The notes under the pieces: model-generated | Databases searched by the model: none | Told to the model about the DNA's origin: nothing | The model's input: only the letters and a program-made list of their open reading frames with translations | Shown here: positions 10,957 through 24,615 of the stretch, in pieces | Position numbering within the stretch: the first letter of the stretch is position 1 | Layout: the number at the start of each line of letters is the position of its first letter | Position numbers and translations under genes: made by a program | Assembly (NCBI RefSeq): GCF_000143415.4 | Contig: NW_003314276.1 | Location: 893,630-957,629, forward strand | From: Selaginella moellendorffii | Lineage: Eukaryota > Plantae > Lycopodiophyta | Length of the DNA: 64,000 bases | Reading direction: 5' to 3'

Positions 10957-11807
10957 ATGGCAAGGAGGAGAATGAGCAATATGGCTATGGCTGCCTTCAG
11001 TGGTATCACGCTCCTCTGTGGGATCGTGGTGCTGGGAACCGGGATCTGGCTCTCCACCAAGCACAGCACCGATTGCGTCCGCTTCCTCGAGTGGCCGATC
11101 ATCGTCCTGGGCGTCGCCATCACTCTAATCTCTCTGGCGGGGATTGCCGGCGCGCTGACGATGAACGGTGCGCTGCTCGCATTCTACACAATCTTCATGC
11201 TCATGGCGATCCTCACGCTCATGGCATTCGTCCTCTTCGCGTTCGTGGTGACCTCGGGCCAGAACGGGCATGGATTGGTGGGCAAAGTCTACAAGGAATT
11301 CGAGTTCAATGACTACTCCGACTGGCTCCGGAATCGCGTCGAGGATCGCAGGAGCTGGAGCCTCATCACCCTCTGCCTCCGCGACGCCAAGACCTGCGAC
11401 GACATGGCGGAGAGTTACAACACCCTGGACAAGTTCAACATGGCGGACCTCTCAGCGGTCGAGGTAAGCTCATCCAGCAATCTAAGGTTTCTTTCTTCCA
11501 AGAGCGATCGATGGATTACTCGTGTTGTGATCAGTCTGGATGCTGCAAGCCTCCCTTCGCTTGCAATTACCAGTGGAGGAACGCCACCAACTGGTTCCAC
11601 CCCCTCACCCCGGATGCCAATCCCGATTGCCGGCGCTGGAACAACGACGATCTCTGCTTCAACTGCGATTCGTGCAAGGCGGGGCTGCTCCAGCAAGTGA
11701 AGAGCCGCTGGAGGACCGTGGCGATCATCGACGTGGTGGTGCTGGCGATCCTGATCCTCGCGTACGCCCTCGCGCTGAGCGCGTTCCGGGGCGCCAAAGC
11801 AAGGTAG
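10957..11807 (+). CDS. Plant tetraspanin, join(10957..11463,11535..11807)
   Basis: Four TM segments. The GT-AG intron 11464-11534 restores the plant signature SGCCKPP. CFNCDSCKAG motif present. Confidence 0.92.
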
Positions 11808-12594
11808 TGACGATCGTCTCCCTCGTTTTGCATTGTTTGTGCGGTGTGGATATTTGTTTTCCAAGTGTGCAAGGAAGAATATTCTAAGGGATAAGTTCGA
11901 AATTTGAAAGTTTGCGCGCGTTTCCAGGTTTTAGGGCAAGAGCGTGGTTTTAAGAGCACATGCCGCTCAGTGTGCGCAGTTATGTTGCGCAAACAAACCG
12001 AGAGCTCCCAAATCTGGGACTCCCTGCCAAGAGCAGGCGCTGCGGTAACTCGCGCGCGACAGAATCAGATGCTACTGCCGCGCCCACGCCAAGAGTTACA
12101 ATCAAAACAAAAGACCACCAGAAAATTCGGTCAAAAATCTTGCGCACAAGACCCATCAATCAATCCGGTCTCTCGCACTGAACCCAATTGAATGAAATGA
12201 ATCGAGGCCCCCTCCCAAATGTTTGTGCCCGGCCCCAAGAACCCTAACCGCCCGCCGGGGGGGCTTAACGAGAAACCGTTCAAATCCACAATCCAACGGC
12301 TCAGCATTAACTCCGGCCACGTGTCGCCAATGCCGGGGCTCACACTGCCCCCGCCACGCATCCGACGGCTCTGGGCTGGACAGGTGCCTCGACCGCGCAA
12401 TGCCAATCCGACGGTGCACACTGTCCACGTGACACCGTCAGATGGCCATCCGACGGTTGCGACCGGAAAAGGAGAAACGTTTATTTTTTGTATTTGGCCT
12501 AAAAATATGAAATTTCTTTTGTGGTGTTGGGCAAGGAGGGAAAGAGAGGAGGAGAAGAAAAGAGAGGGTGTAATCGTCTCCTTTGAGTCAAGGT

Positions 12595-14238
12595 ATGTGT
12601 ATTCTTGATTATCAAGTGGAAGAAGAACAACAGCGCCAAACGATGATCGCCGTGAATTCCAAACAGCAGCAACAGCCAGCAGCCGCAGGGGTAATGGACA
12701 GGGAGCACGATCACGATCAGCGTGATCGCGACCAAATGGAGGATGACAACGTCATGGGATCCGTGAATTCATCGTCGGTGGAGGACCAGAGCTCTGTCAA
12801 GTCGGAATCCCTGTCGCCGCCCTGCCCAAACTCCAAGATCAAGATCATGTGTAGCTATGGCGGGAGGATTTTGCCGCGGCCGCACGACGGGCAGCTCCGC
12901 TACGTGGGCGGCGAGACGAGGATCTTGCTGTGGCAGCGGAGCATTTCCTTTGGGGAGATGATGGCCAAGCTCGTGGCGATGGTGGGGAGGAGCGTGGCGG
13001 TTAAGTACCAGCTCCCAAACGAGGATTTGGACGCGCTCATCTCGGTGGTCTGCGAGGAGGATTTTGGGAGTATGATCGACGAGTATCTCCGGATGGAGGG
13101 CCGAGATAGCAGCGCTCGTCTCAGGCTCTTCTTGTTCTTCATTCCGGCACCGACTCCACCGTCATCGTCCTCTCCCAGACTGAGCGAATCGAGATCTCTG
13201 GACCAGCAGTTCATCGAAGCGCTGAATGGAATGCCGGTGGCGAGCGGTGGAAACTCTGGTGCTGCTCCTCGGCCATCCAGAGCTCTCGACGAGGATCTCG
13301 AGTGTGGTCGTCCTGTGAAGCCGATCAAGATGCACAGGCAGCTCTCGGCCACGGACAGGATCGCGGAGACGGCTTCCGGCTCGCCTAGCAGCAGGAGAGT
13401 ATCACCGCGGACGTCTCCAAGAGCTCCCGACGAGTGCCCTTCGGTGAGGAGCGCTAGATCATCACTCCTCCAGCAGCAGCTGCAGGACTCTCTCCACGAG
13501 CCGTGCAAGCAGCTAGCAGTAGCGACGAGGGAGAATTCGGCTGGAAGGATCCCGCAGGAGATGATCGAGGCGGTGATGATACACCACTACTATCCAGGCA
13601 CCGATCCTTGTTCGAGACAGGTCTTCAGCAACGAGCCACCGACACCTCCGGACATGTCCAAAGTCGCCCACCACGAAGGAGAATCGCCCAAGAAGGCGGA
13701 CCAGCACAGCCAAGATCTCCAGGCCGCCAATGGATTTATCTGCGTTTCGACCACCTGGTGCCCAGGAAGCGAAGTTCTTGTCAACCGACAGTATAGTCCT
13801 GCTGCCGTCCACCATCGCCACGGCCACCCGATAGCTCCAGCGATATGTGATCAGCAGCTCTACCCGGTGATGGCGTCCGCCACCGCCTGCTGCTCCTGCC
13901 GGGAGACGAGAACTTCCAAGCCTGGCCCTTCTCCATCTCGGTTCCGTGACGGACTCCAGCAGCAGCAGCCACAGCAGCAGATTTTTCACGAGCAAGTTGA
14001 CGACAACACCAGGATGTTGTTGAGGCCGGTTTTAGTTCCACAGCAGCAGCACCAACAGCAGCAGCCATTTTATGAGCCTGTCCACCACCATCACCGTCTT
14101 GTAGCTGAAAAGAATGGCTCGAGACTGAGCGATATGGACAGGCGTCATCACTTGAATCACCACCACCACCATCACCCACAGCAGCAGCAGCAACATCAGC
14201 CTCCACCACCACAGCAGCAGCAGCAGCAAACAAGCTAG
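12595..14238 (+). CDS. PB1 (octicosapeptide/Phox/Bem1p) domain protein with Q/H-rich tail
   Basis: KIKIMCSYGGRILPRPHDGQLRYVGGETR and KYQLPNEDLDALISV motifs. Start codon uncertain (12595 or 12643). Confidence 0.88.
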   Translation: MCILDYQVEEEQQRQTMIAVNSKQQQQPAAAGVMDREHDHDQRDRDQMEDDNVMGSVNSSSVEDQSSVKSESLSPPCPNSKIKIMCSYGGRILPRPHDGQLRYVGGETRILLWQRSISFGEMMAKLVAMVGRSVAVKYQLPNEDLDALISVVCEEDFGSMIDEYLRMEGRDSSARLRLFLFFIPAPTPPSSSSPRLSESRSLDQQFIEALNGMPVASGGNSGAAPRPSRALDEDLECGRPVKPIKMHRQLSATDRIAETASGSPSSRRVSPRTSPRAPDECPSVRSARSSLLQQQLQDSLHEPCKQLAVATRENSAGRIPQEMIEAVMIHHYYPGTDPCSRQVFSNEPPTPPDMSKVAHHEGESPKKADQHSQDLQAANGFICVSTTWCPGSEVLVNRQYSPAAVHHRHGHPIAPAICDQQLYPVMASATACCSCRETRTSKPGPSPSRFRDGLQQQQPQQQIFHEQVDDNTRMLLRPVLVPQQQHQQQQPFYEPVHHHHRLVAEKNGSRLSDMDRRHHLNHHHHHHPQQQQQHQPPPPQQQQQQTS

Positions 14239-14483
14239 CCCACTCTGCTAGTTTTGATTGATCGTTTAGCTGCTTGCTTTACTCGTCTAAAACTTTCCGT
14301 GTCAGATCTAAGTATAAGCGATGAAATAGTTTGTTTCTTGTCCTTCGTCCTCCTGTGGCTGAAAGAGAAGGATCATATTTCCCGGACAAAGCAATTTGGC
14401 AGTACACACCTGGCGAGCTGTTGCATCCGCTTTTGCAGAGTTTGTCTGCAGCCATGTTGCTTGAGGAGCTTCACTTGCTTTTC

Positions 14484-15773
14484 TCAGCTTGAATCTTCAA
14501 CCACGTCGATCCCGGCCTCCTCGTAAGTTAAGATATCTGCATCCTTGTCGAAGAGGTCCCAATCCGGCTCTCCCCAGTTCATGAACGCTTTGGCTCGATC
14601 CAGTCTCGCATTCACGATGTCCCAGTTTACTAGATGCTCCAGGAATGTAGACACGTAGTCTGGCCTGTTGTTCTGCGGGATGTGAGTTAACATTATTAGC
14701 TCGAGAGATGGGAGAAACTCTAATCTATACTCACTTGGAAATCGAGATAGTAAGCGTGCTGCAAAAACCAAAGAAGCGAGCGAGTTAGATCCAAACAAAG
14801 AGAGTAAAAAAGTCTTTATACCTCCCAAACATCGAGCACAAGCAATGGCTGCAATCGAGAGATAGCGGTGACATGTTATTCAAAGGAAAAAAGAGAGAAG
14901 AAAAGAATTTCAAAGGCTTACAATGTGATCCCAAATGAGAGGATTAATAGCGTTTGGAGTTTTCTCAACGACCAGCTTCGCTTCCTTCACTGCAGGTATT
15001 CTCAAGTCACAATACACAACAAAAAGGATAAAACGAAAGAGATGAAAGAAAAATTAGGAACTCACGAGCAAGCCATGCCCAACCAGCACCAAATTGAGAA
15101 GCTGCCGCGAGCTTGAACTCCTTGACAAAATTATCGTAAGAGCCAAGCTGCTTGTCAATAAGCTCGGCAATCTCGCCAGTCGGAGATTTGCCACCTCCAG
15201 GCTTGAGAGAAGTGAAGAAGAAATCGTGATTCCAAGCCTGACAAACAACAACGACAGGTTATCATCGGCTCAAAGAAAAAAAAAGTTCTTAGTCCGAGAG
15301 AAAGAGAAACAAGGAAGACAAAAGAGCTCGGTTCTACTTAGTCTGAGAGGATAAAAAAGAAGGAAGAAAAACGGAGTACCTGCGCTGCATTGTTGAATGC
15401 CGGTTGGGGGCTTCCTCTATTGTAACTTATTTTGACAATGTCTTCCAAGAGATAGCCCTCGAACGGAGTATTTGCGATTTGCCTGTTTAGATTCTCAATG
15501 TATCCTCGCTGGTGCTTTCCCCAGTGGACCTCCAGCGTCTTCTTGCTCATGTAAGGCTCCAGCGCACTCTAGAGGAATGGATCCAGTAAGGAAGCTAAAA
15601 CCCTAGACAAAACCCACCGATTCGTAGGGAAGCGCCGGCAATGCAAACTTCGCCCTCGCGATTCCGCCGCGGTTGCATTGCGATCTCTTCGACCCGCCGC
15701 GATTCGAAGAAATCCGTGGAGGAGCGATGGAGGCGATCGCCGCCGCCGCCGTCGCGCAGCACCCGGGCGGCAT
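14484..15773 (-). CDS. FSD: Plastid iron superoxide dismutase, FSD2/FSD3-like, multi-exon
   Basis: Transit-peptide-like N-terminus, then LPALPYES|[51 protein letters not shown] across short GT-AG introns. Confidence 0.88.
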
Positions 15774-15856
15774 AGCTTTGAAAATATTTCCCACTAAAAC
15801 GCAAATTAGAGCAAGGTAGAAGAAAGAACCCTAGGTCCATTTTAGCCCTAATTTGA

Positions 15857-15865
15857 AACCCTAAT
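15857..15865 (+). promoter_or_regulatory. Telo-box (AAACCCTAA) in the FSD/PRLI-like bidirectional promoter
   Basis: Exact AAACCCTAA in the 144-bp gap between divergent start codons. Confidence 0.5.
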
Positions 15866-15917
15866 TTGGGGAAGCGAGAGCGAGGGCGAGAGAGAGGATA
15901 GAGCTCGCGGAATCGCA

Positions 15918-16691
15918 ATGTCTGGCGCGATCGACAATTGGGGCGGCGACAAGGGCAATGCGGCGGAGGCGCGGCGCAAGCAGCCCAAGCATCTGTGGCG
16001 GATGAAGAACAACCAGGTCGGTAGCAGGCTCCAGGGGAGATTGGCGTACGAGCCGCCGCGGCTGAGCGATCTCCAACACCAGAATCGCGTCAAGGCGCGG
16101 AAATACTTCCCAAAGAAGAAATCCGCGCAGTCCCAGGCACAGGAGCACCCTCACGCCCCAAGAAACACGACCTCTTTCATCATGCGCGCCAAATGCTCCG
16201 GAGGGATCGCTCCCCCGACTCCGTCTACGCCGGCTGTGATCTCCACCCCGGATCTCTCCGGCGTGGCGTCGTATCGCGAGGGGATCACCGAGGAAGTGAA
16301 CAAGGAATGGGGTGTCAATGGCTATGGCTCGATGAATGGTCTCATCCGGCTCAAGGAGGACAGGATCGACGACTCGGACAGCGAGAGCGACGTGGATCAA
16401 GGCGTGCAATCCGTCCAGCAGCTAGAGCAGCGCCTCGATCAGGACCTCAACCGGTTTGAGATCCTCTACACGCCAGGAGCTGGCGATCAGGATAACTTCT
16501 CGCTGGCTGGGATGCAACTCCACGATCAAGAGAACCATATTGCGCATCTGGAAGAGGAGAACTTGACGCTCAAGGAGCGGATCTACATCCTGGAGCAGCA
16601 GCTGGACGAGCTCAAGCAAAAGTTGGCGCAGCAGCAGAATAGCGAGAGCGTGGACGAGATGGAAGTTTGCTCCAGCGATGGAGCGACGTGA
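15918..16691 (+). CDS. PRLI-interacting factor A-like coiled-coil protein
   Basis: 257-aa intronless ORF with APRNTTSFIMRAK, EWGVNGYGSMNGLIRL and a C-terminal coiled coil. Family assignment is from memory. Confidence 0.75.
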   Translation: MSGAIDNWGGDKGNAAEARRKQPKHLWRMKNNQVGSRLQGRLAYEPPRLSDLQHQNRVKARKYFPKKKSAQSQAQEHPHAPRNTTSFIMRAKCSGGIAPPTPSTPAVISTPDLSGVASYREGITEEVNKEWGVNGYGSMNGLIRLKEDRIDDSDSESDVDQGVQSVQQLEQRLDQDLNRFEILYTPGAGDQDNFSLAGMQLHDQENHIAHLEEENLTLKERIYILEQQLDELKQKLAQQQNSESVDEMEVCSSDGAT

Positions 16692-18121
16692 AGAGGCCTC
16701 TTTCCTTTCGGGATTTCGACTCCTCGGTGGGAAGCGATCGAGAATCGAGAATCGAGAAGGGTGGTGACGATCCGGCAGGGAACGAACGAACGTTACGCAG
16801 CTTTTGATGGTACTTAACCTTGTAAGCTTTTTAAGTATGTGTCTACTAAGTTACTCTCTGTACAGCTCTGATCCATCCATCCGAGGTAAAAAAAGTTCTC
16901 TTGTTTTTTTTTTCTTTCCTCTCTCTTTTCGTCTCGTGGTACTTTTGTGATTAAAGTTTCTGGGATCTCTTTTCGTTCAGCAGCAGTGATTCTGGATCTT
17001 CTCTTCTTTTTTCAGCAGTGTTTGCACTCTCTCACTCACTCAGTAGTGTGTTTCTCTCAGTCACGATTGACACTACTCAGATTAATTGCTTGCAGGTGGT
17101 TCGATTATGTCTCCAAAATATCTTATTGCTTGATCTCTCGCAAGCTCTATCGAAGCAGACAAAACTCCGACTTTGCTCTCTCCTGGACTATAAAGACGAA
17201 TCGCATTAAGACGATACGTATCAGTCATGAATCGAGAGACCACGAGAAAGGTCTTGCGTATATTTCTTGTTGATTTTCCTTGTTTAAACTTCTCTTTCGA
17301 CGTCGTGCTGGTGCTGGTGGGATAGTGTCTCGATCGAGATTGTTGTTTGGTTGGCTTGTTTGATGGATTAAATGGATTGCCTCCTTGTTTGTTTGCTGGA
17401 TGTTCTCACAAAAACTGATCTCCCTTTCCAAGATCTGATCCGATCTGTATTCATCTGAATTTCTGAGAGATGTTCAAAGAGAAAAGAGGCTAAAATTCCT
17501 ATGAGAAATTCCAGAAATCAATCCGTACTGAATGTGCTATAACTTGTCAAAACTCGGAACAATGCTCCAAACACTTAAGAGAATTTCGAGAATTTCTTTC
17601 GCTCTCTCAAAATATAAAGTTGCACTCTTAAGAATGGAACTTCTTCTCCCAAGACCGAGAAATCTGTGAACCAGTATCAGAGCCTGAAACCAGCTCGATG
17701 GGATGATTTAAACAATCGAAAGTATCACATTTCGTCGCTGGACGATGCAGACCCTAGAACAAAAGTCTTCCATGGTTGTCATGTCCCTCCCAAAGCTATA
17801 CTTTTTAGATCTTCTGTTGCCTTAAACACGTTGTGATCTAGCTTCGTATGTTATAAGTCTTTCATTGAATTATAAGCCTTGGGAAAAAGAAGACTGAGAA
17901 ATTAGAAAAAGAAAAGTTATTTTATTGTAAGTATAAAAGGTGGGATAAGCGTGGAAGTTGGGGAAGTTAGATAACTTCCTCTTGTCCATTTCAGCTGAAT
18001 CCCGTGGCCATGCCGGCTGAACGGTAGTTAGGGCACACAGCATCCAAGTTCGCTTGGAAACCTCTCTTTCATTCAACGCGACAACACCCAAGTCCTCTCC
18101 CCAGCACACAACCCTGCAGAG

Positions 18122-19595
<1,474 letters not shown>

Positions 19596-19750
19596 GCGGC
19601 GTGTGATCATGTCCAAGCACCATGGGACAATTTTCCTGTTCTTTGTTACCGAGCTAGTACCACAGTTTCAAAGATAGAGCAAGAGATTAGCAAGAGTTAT
19701 GCTTTGAAACGAACTTGTTTCCTGAAAACAAAGCTTATTCCAGGCGACTT

Positions 19751-21108
19751 TTACATTCCGAGCACCATTTTCATTTGATTCTCCCAGTGCTCCTTAACTT
19801 GCTGGACGCGTTCCACGCGTTCTTTCTTCAGTCTTTCGTCCCAATAATCCATGCATCTGTTGACACAATCGAGAAAGACTTTTTCACTTGCCCGAAATAA
19901 AAGAAACTGAAAACCAACCTGTTTCTGATCATCAAGTTCAGCTCCGTCAGGAAAACCGCGCTCAGGTACACCCCGGGCTTCACGATGGAAGTCAAAGAAA
20001 AGAAAGGAAAAGCTCACATGCTAACTGTGCATTGATAGAGTTTTTTTACCTGTCGACAAAGCGGACACTTAGCCTCCTTGGTGGCAGACTTGACGCCTTG
20101 AATAGTTGGAATGGAGGCCGCAGAACATGCACAGGTATTGCAAAAGAGATGCCCGCAGCCCAGAGCCACTGGATCAAACAGTGTTTCCTAAAAGACAAAC
20201 AAAGCTGAACCGGTGTAAAAATCGATATCATCTTACCAGACAGATCGAGCATGTAAGATCCGCTTCAAACGCTTGCGAATCGACGAGCGTACTCTGGAGA
20301 GTAGCCTTGGAATCGCCACATTCACAAGAGCAGTGTGCCAGTCCCTCGGGAGAGGATAAGTTCTCACCACTGCACGCGCTACTCTCGCCATTTTTCCCAT
20401 CCTTCTTAACCTTGAGGCCATTTTCACCTTTCTCACCATCCTTTTCATCCTTGAGGTTGATGTAGAGAGCAGTTAGCTCGATCAGCCATGGGGACTGGAG
20501 GAGCTCCGCGTGCATGGATTGCAGTCGTGTTTTAAAAGCTTGCCCTGCTATTGAGCAATGCACCTGGCCATCCAAGTAGCGAAAAAGAAGCAAGTGAGGC
20601 TCCGCGCTAGCAAAGAAATACCTTGTCATACTTCTTTAGTATCTTGCGAATGGCCATGGCGTTCATCGAGGCATAGTTTACCAAGTTTCTTCCCTGATGG
20701 ATCATCGTGTCATGATCTCCGCCAAAGTTGTGCCTCATGCGCAGTAGCATCCTCTGGAACTTGGGAGAGAGGTGGAATTCCAGGAGCTGCTGTGCGCAAG
20801 ATTTGAAACAGCCCACCACGGCCGAAATCTCCTTGAGCAAATTGGGGAAAAAATTCCCATCGCAGACTGGTGATAAAGAAAACAAAAGAAAACACAATCG
20901 CGATGAGAATGTGAGCTTTACCTGGACACGCGATGGGGCCATTGCACGCGACAGACGATGGATCGCCGGCCGGTGGCGCCTTGAGGAGCTCTTGGCGGAC
21001 GCAATGCTTGAGAGTCTTTTTGTGGCGCTTGAATTCCACGCACGAGCACCCCTTGAGAAGGTGTCCTTCCTTCTCCACATACTCAGTGTATCTCTTCCCA
21101 AACTTCAT
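19751..21108 (-). CDS. SPX-RING E3 ligase, NLA/BAH1-like, multi-exon
   Basis: MKFGK start, [16 protein letters not shown]|[17 protein letters not shown]...CPLCR RING, C-terminal [14 protein letters not shown]. Confidence 0.9.
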
Positions 21109-22400
21109 AATCCAGATCCACAGGCGGCGAATTATCGAGAAAAGAAGTTGCACCGGAGAGGAGGAGAGGATCTGAGACTGCTCTACCAATGGCTCACGCA
21201 AAGAAAACCTCTAAACCGCGAAGGCGCTGACCACGGCGCCAATACAAGCGGTCACGTCACTTTAATTTTATATTTCACTCATTAGTTTTTACGTGATTTC
21301 TTAGTTCCTATCTTCCACCACCATCACTAAACGTTAAGTTAGACCCTTTCGTTGGAAATATTTTGTCAGGGCTATAGTTTTCTAGAATCATTTTACTTGT
21401 TCTTATGTTAGAAGAGGCCTGTCATATGGATCTTTCACTTGGGATAGTAGCGACTCTTTCTCCTTAAGGAGCTGACTGAAACCTTTTGTTCTTGCTTGGC
21501 ATTGACAAGGAGCCGATCGCAAAAAAAGGAAAGCTTAGCTTCTAGCATGATGATCTTACTCTTCCAGAGACTTCTTCCACTCGGTTGCTTGTGCTGTTCT
21601 TGCTTCCAAAGCTCCCTCCACATGATCAGGACATGGATTTGTGCCCTTGCAATGGATCCATCGAGTGATTTTCCCTGTGTCTTCCCACTAGACGGTAGAA
21701 GATTTTAACACTTAATAAAATTACACCATGTCAGATCTTCTATTATCCTAAATAATTGCCTCCATCTATTCACGTGTGGGTAAGTGGCAGGCAGCCAATT
21801 TTCTTGTAACCAAATAAGAATTTGTCACATGGCTTAGCAGTCACTATGTCAAAATACTAGTGATCCATTGTCCTCTCCAATCTTTCTGATGTTTCATAAG
21901 TTGTCTATACATCTAATGCACCAAAAAAAGGGATATAACAAGATGCTTTATGAATCAAACTGAATTCAGTCTTAAATATTGCAAACTCAAATTGCTTGGC
22001 AGGTTAAAGCTACTAATTAGATATCACAATTTAAAGTAGTGGTGAAACTTAGTATACTTTAGAAGGTACTTTAGCTAAACAAACTTAGTCTAATAGAATA
22101 TAGACCTGGATGGAATCTTCCACCTAAAAACTACTAACTAGTGGAAAGAGGGAAAGAGGGCCTAAGTGAAGTGGCAGCTCTAATCCTTCTAGTAGTGAAG
22201 TATTGATTTTTTTTTTACTAACATTTTGGGTTAGTGCAACATTAGTGATTGCTCCATGAGCAGGAGCATTAAAAAGTTTTTGTAAACAATTAAATAAAAC
22301 AACTTGAAAAATTATTTATAATAAAGGTTTAAATATAGAAGGAAAGAGTTTATGAATATGAGTGTACCATATAAACTCTATATAAAACCCTCATAATATT

Positions 22401-22945
22401 TGGAGCGCATGTGGTTTTTACCCTTTATTCTATGGTGATTTACCATAGGATAACCATAAAGTGGAACCTAAACCCTTCATGTGCCATGTGTCACATGCCA
22501 CATGCCATGTGTCCAAAGGATAGTGAAGTGGAACCTGAGTTTCAAGGCTTTGGGCCATTGAACAAAGTAATGGAGCCAAACTCCCAAGCATGGAGCTAAG
22601 GAGTGAAGGAATTAGAGCACCGAATGACTCCCGAGTGATTACCCCAAGGAGTAAAGGGACAAGAATACAAAGCAACTTAGGATAGTCTTAAAGTATTTAG
22701 TATCCCAATGTTAAGACCATCACACAAAATGGAACCAAACAGAGTCTGGCGCTATTTTAGTATACTGATGGTCTAACATGAGGATATAGATACTCCATCA
22801 ACTAGCATGGTATGGAACTTAAGCTTAGACCCAAGCCAAACACAGAACAAGGATAGGCACGCAAATAGGAGCTAGACTATGCCTCAAGTTAGTCAATCAT
22901 ACCCAACCTACCCACTATCCCTACTATACATTTGGAACCCCTTAT
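22401..22945 (-). mobile_element. Partial, degraded B'-family LTR
   Basis: Reverse complement matches 1-58, the 3' half of family B LTRs and 55720-55757. Confidence 0.7.
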
Positions 22946-23637
22946 ATCAATATATCATTTGAGGCTGTTAATGCTACTATGTTGGATTGAATTTTTGGTG
23001 CTGTGGGGTGTGATTATGTTGGTGTTATGCCCATCCTTGATATGTTGCCATCTCCAACTTTTGTAAGACATGATTACACAACTTATCCTATTCTCAATAT
23101 TCTACCATCTTCCGTTAATGTGAAGTGTGATTGTGATATTGATTGGCAAGCTATGGATGATGCAATCTAGTTTTTAGAAGATGTTCGAGGATCAAGTTTA
23201 TGGGAAGACAATGTGTACGAGCTCAAGTGGATTCCAAAGTATGATGATGAGCTTGATTATTATGAAGATATTTTTGGAGATGAAGTGAAGAGTTCATGAG
23301 GTAGGTGTCAATCTTTCAATTTGTTATCTAATCTTTTTTCTTTTCCTTCTACCCTTTTCCAACCTTTTTTTATTTCTCGGCCACCTTCTTATGTTCCTAA
23401 TATTTCTTCCTCATTTGCAGTGTTTTCTTCTTTTGACACGTCGATCATTTGTGACTCTCATGATTCTCATTCTCAGTCTAGTGTTGAGTTAAATGTTTTT
23501 TGTCCTCCTCATATTAATCTAGATGTTGAGTGTGTCCATGAAGTTGAAAATCTTGCTTTTGTTTCATTAGTAGAGTATTTGATCAGTTCTGGTGTTAAGT
23601 ATTCCTCTATTCCAAGGGTTGAGTCACTTTGGCCAAA

Positions 23638-23975
23638 TGTCACGAATGTGACTTTGGGTATCGAAAGTTACTTGTCAGCTAGTCCTTTTAGATACTCTTT
23701 CCTTACTGCCATGATGGCAAGAAGTCGGTATTGCTAGTTCCCTTTATCAGCCCCTCTTGTTCAAGTGTTAGTAAATTGGACTTTGCATCTGTACTTGGCC
23801 GGATGACCATAAGGAAGGAATTCCTAAGTGTCTATTTAGCTGAGCATACTTGGCCCGGCTTGTTAGTTCTCTTTTGCTCTGTCTTGCATTAGCTTGATAA
23901 GAACCCTCGCGTATTGAGACGTATTGTTTCTGGGTATTAGCAAGTATCAATAGCCTAGGAAGATATTCCTAAGAC
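23638..23975 (+). mobile_element. 5' fragment of a B'-family LTR
   Basis: Starts TGTCACGAATGTGACTTTGGG like LTR B. Similar to 55107 onward. Confidence 0.7.
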
Positions 23976-24615
23976 TGCTTTTCGAACACCATTTGGTTTG
24001 TATAAATTCTTGGTGATGCCGTTTGGTTTGAACAATGCTCTAACAACATTCCAGTGAATGATGCACGAGGTTCTTTATAATATGCTAGTAGTGATTATTG
24101 GCTTCCTTAATAATATTTTAATCTACTCAAAGGGGACATGAGAGGAACACATCCATGATGTTCATAAAGTGTTGGATCAGTTATGAGAAGTTGATTTAAA
24201 ATTTGAAATGGTCGAAGTGTGTGTTTGGGTCCAAGGACACAACTTATCTTGGGTACTATATTTCCCTTGAGGGCTTGCAAGTTAAATCCTAACAAACTTG
24301 TGGCTGTTCTAAAATTCTCTACTCTAAAGTGTATAAGTGATGTGCAATGCTTCATGGGCAAAGTGCAATATCTTGGTTGTTTTGATGATCATTTTTTTCA
24401 TCGCACTGCACTATTGCGAACATTGTTGAAATCATCAATGTCATCTTTAATCTGGTCTATGGACTATGAGCGAACGTTTATGGATCTCAAAGAGCTATTA
24501 ACAACTCTTTTAGTTTTAGTGTATCTTGACTACACTTGACTTTTCATTTTGCGTGTGAATATTTTTGATATCAGTTTTAGGGATGTGCTGATGCAAAGGA
24601 GCCTGAGTGTGCCTG

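Noticed and set aside
10245-11312. 355-aa plus-strand ORF and other antisense ORFs over PPR, tubulin, PB1 and ACR3
   Set aside because: Shadow frames of GC-rich coding sequence with no recognisable motifs.
21435-21700. Possible minus-strand two-exon coiled-coil gene fragment
   Set aside because: No start, family or flanking exons could be identified.
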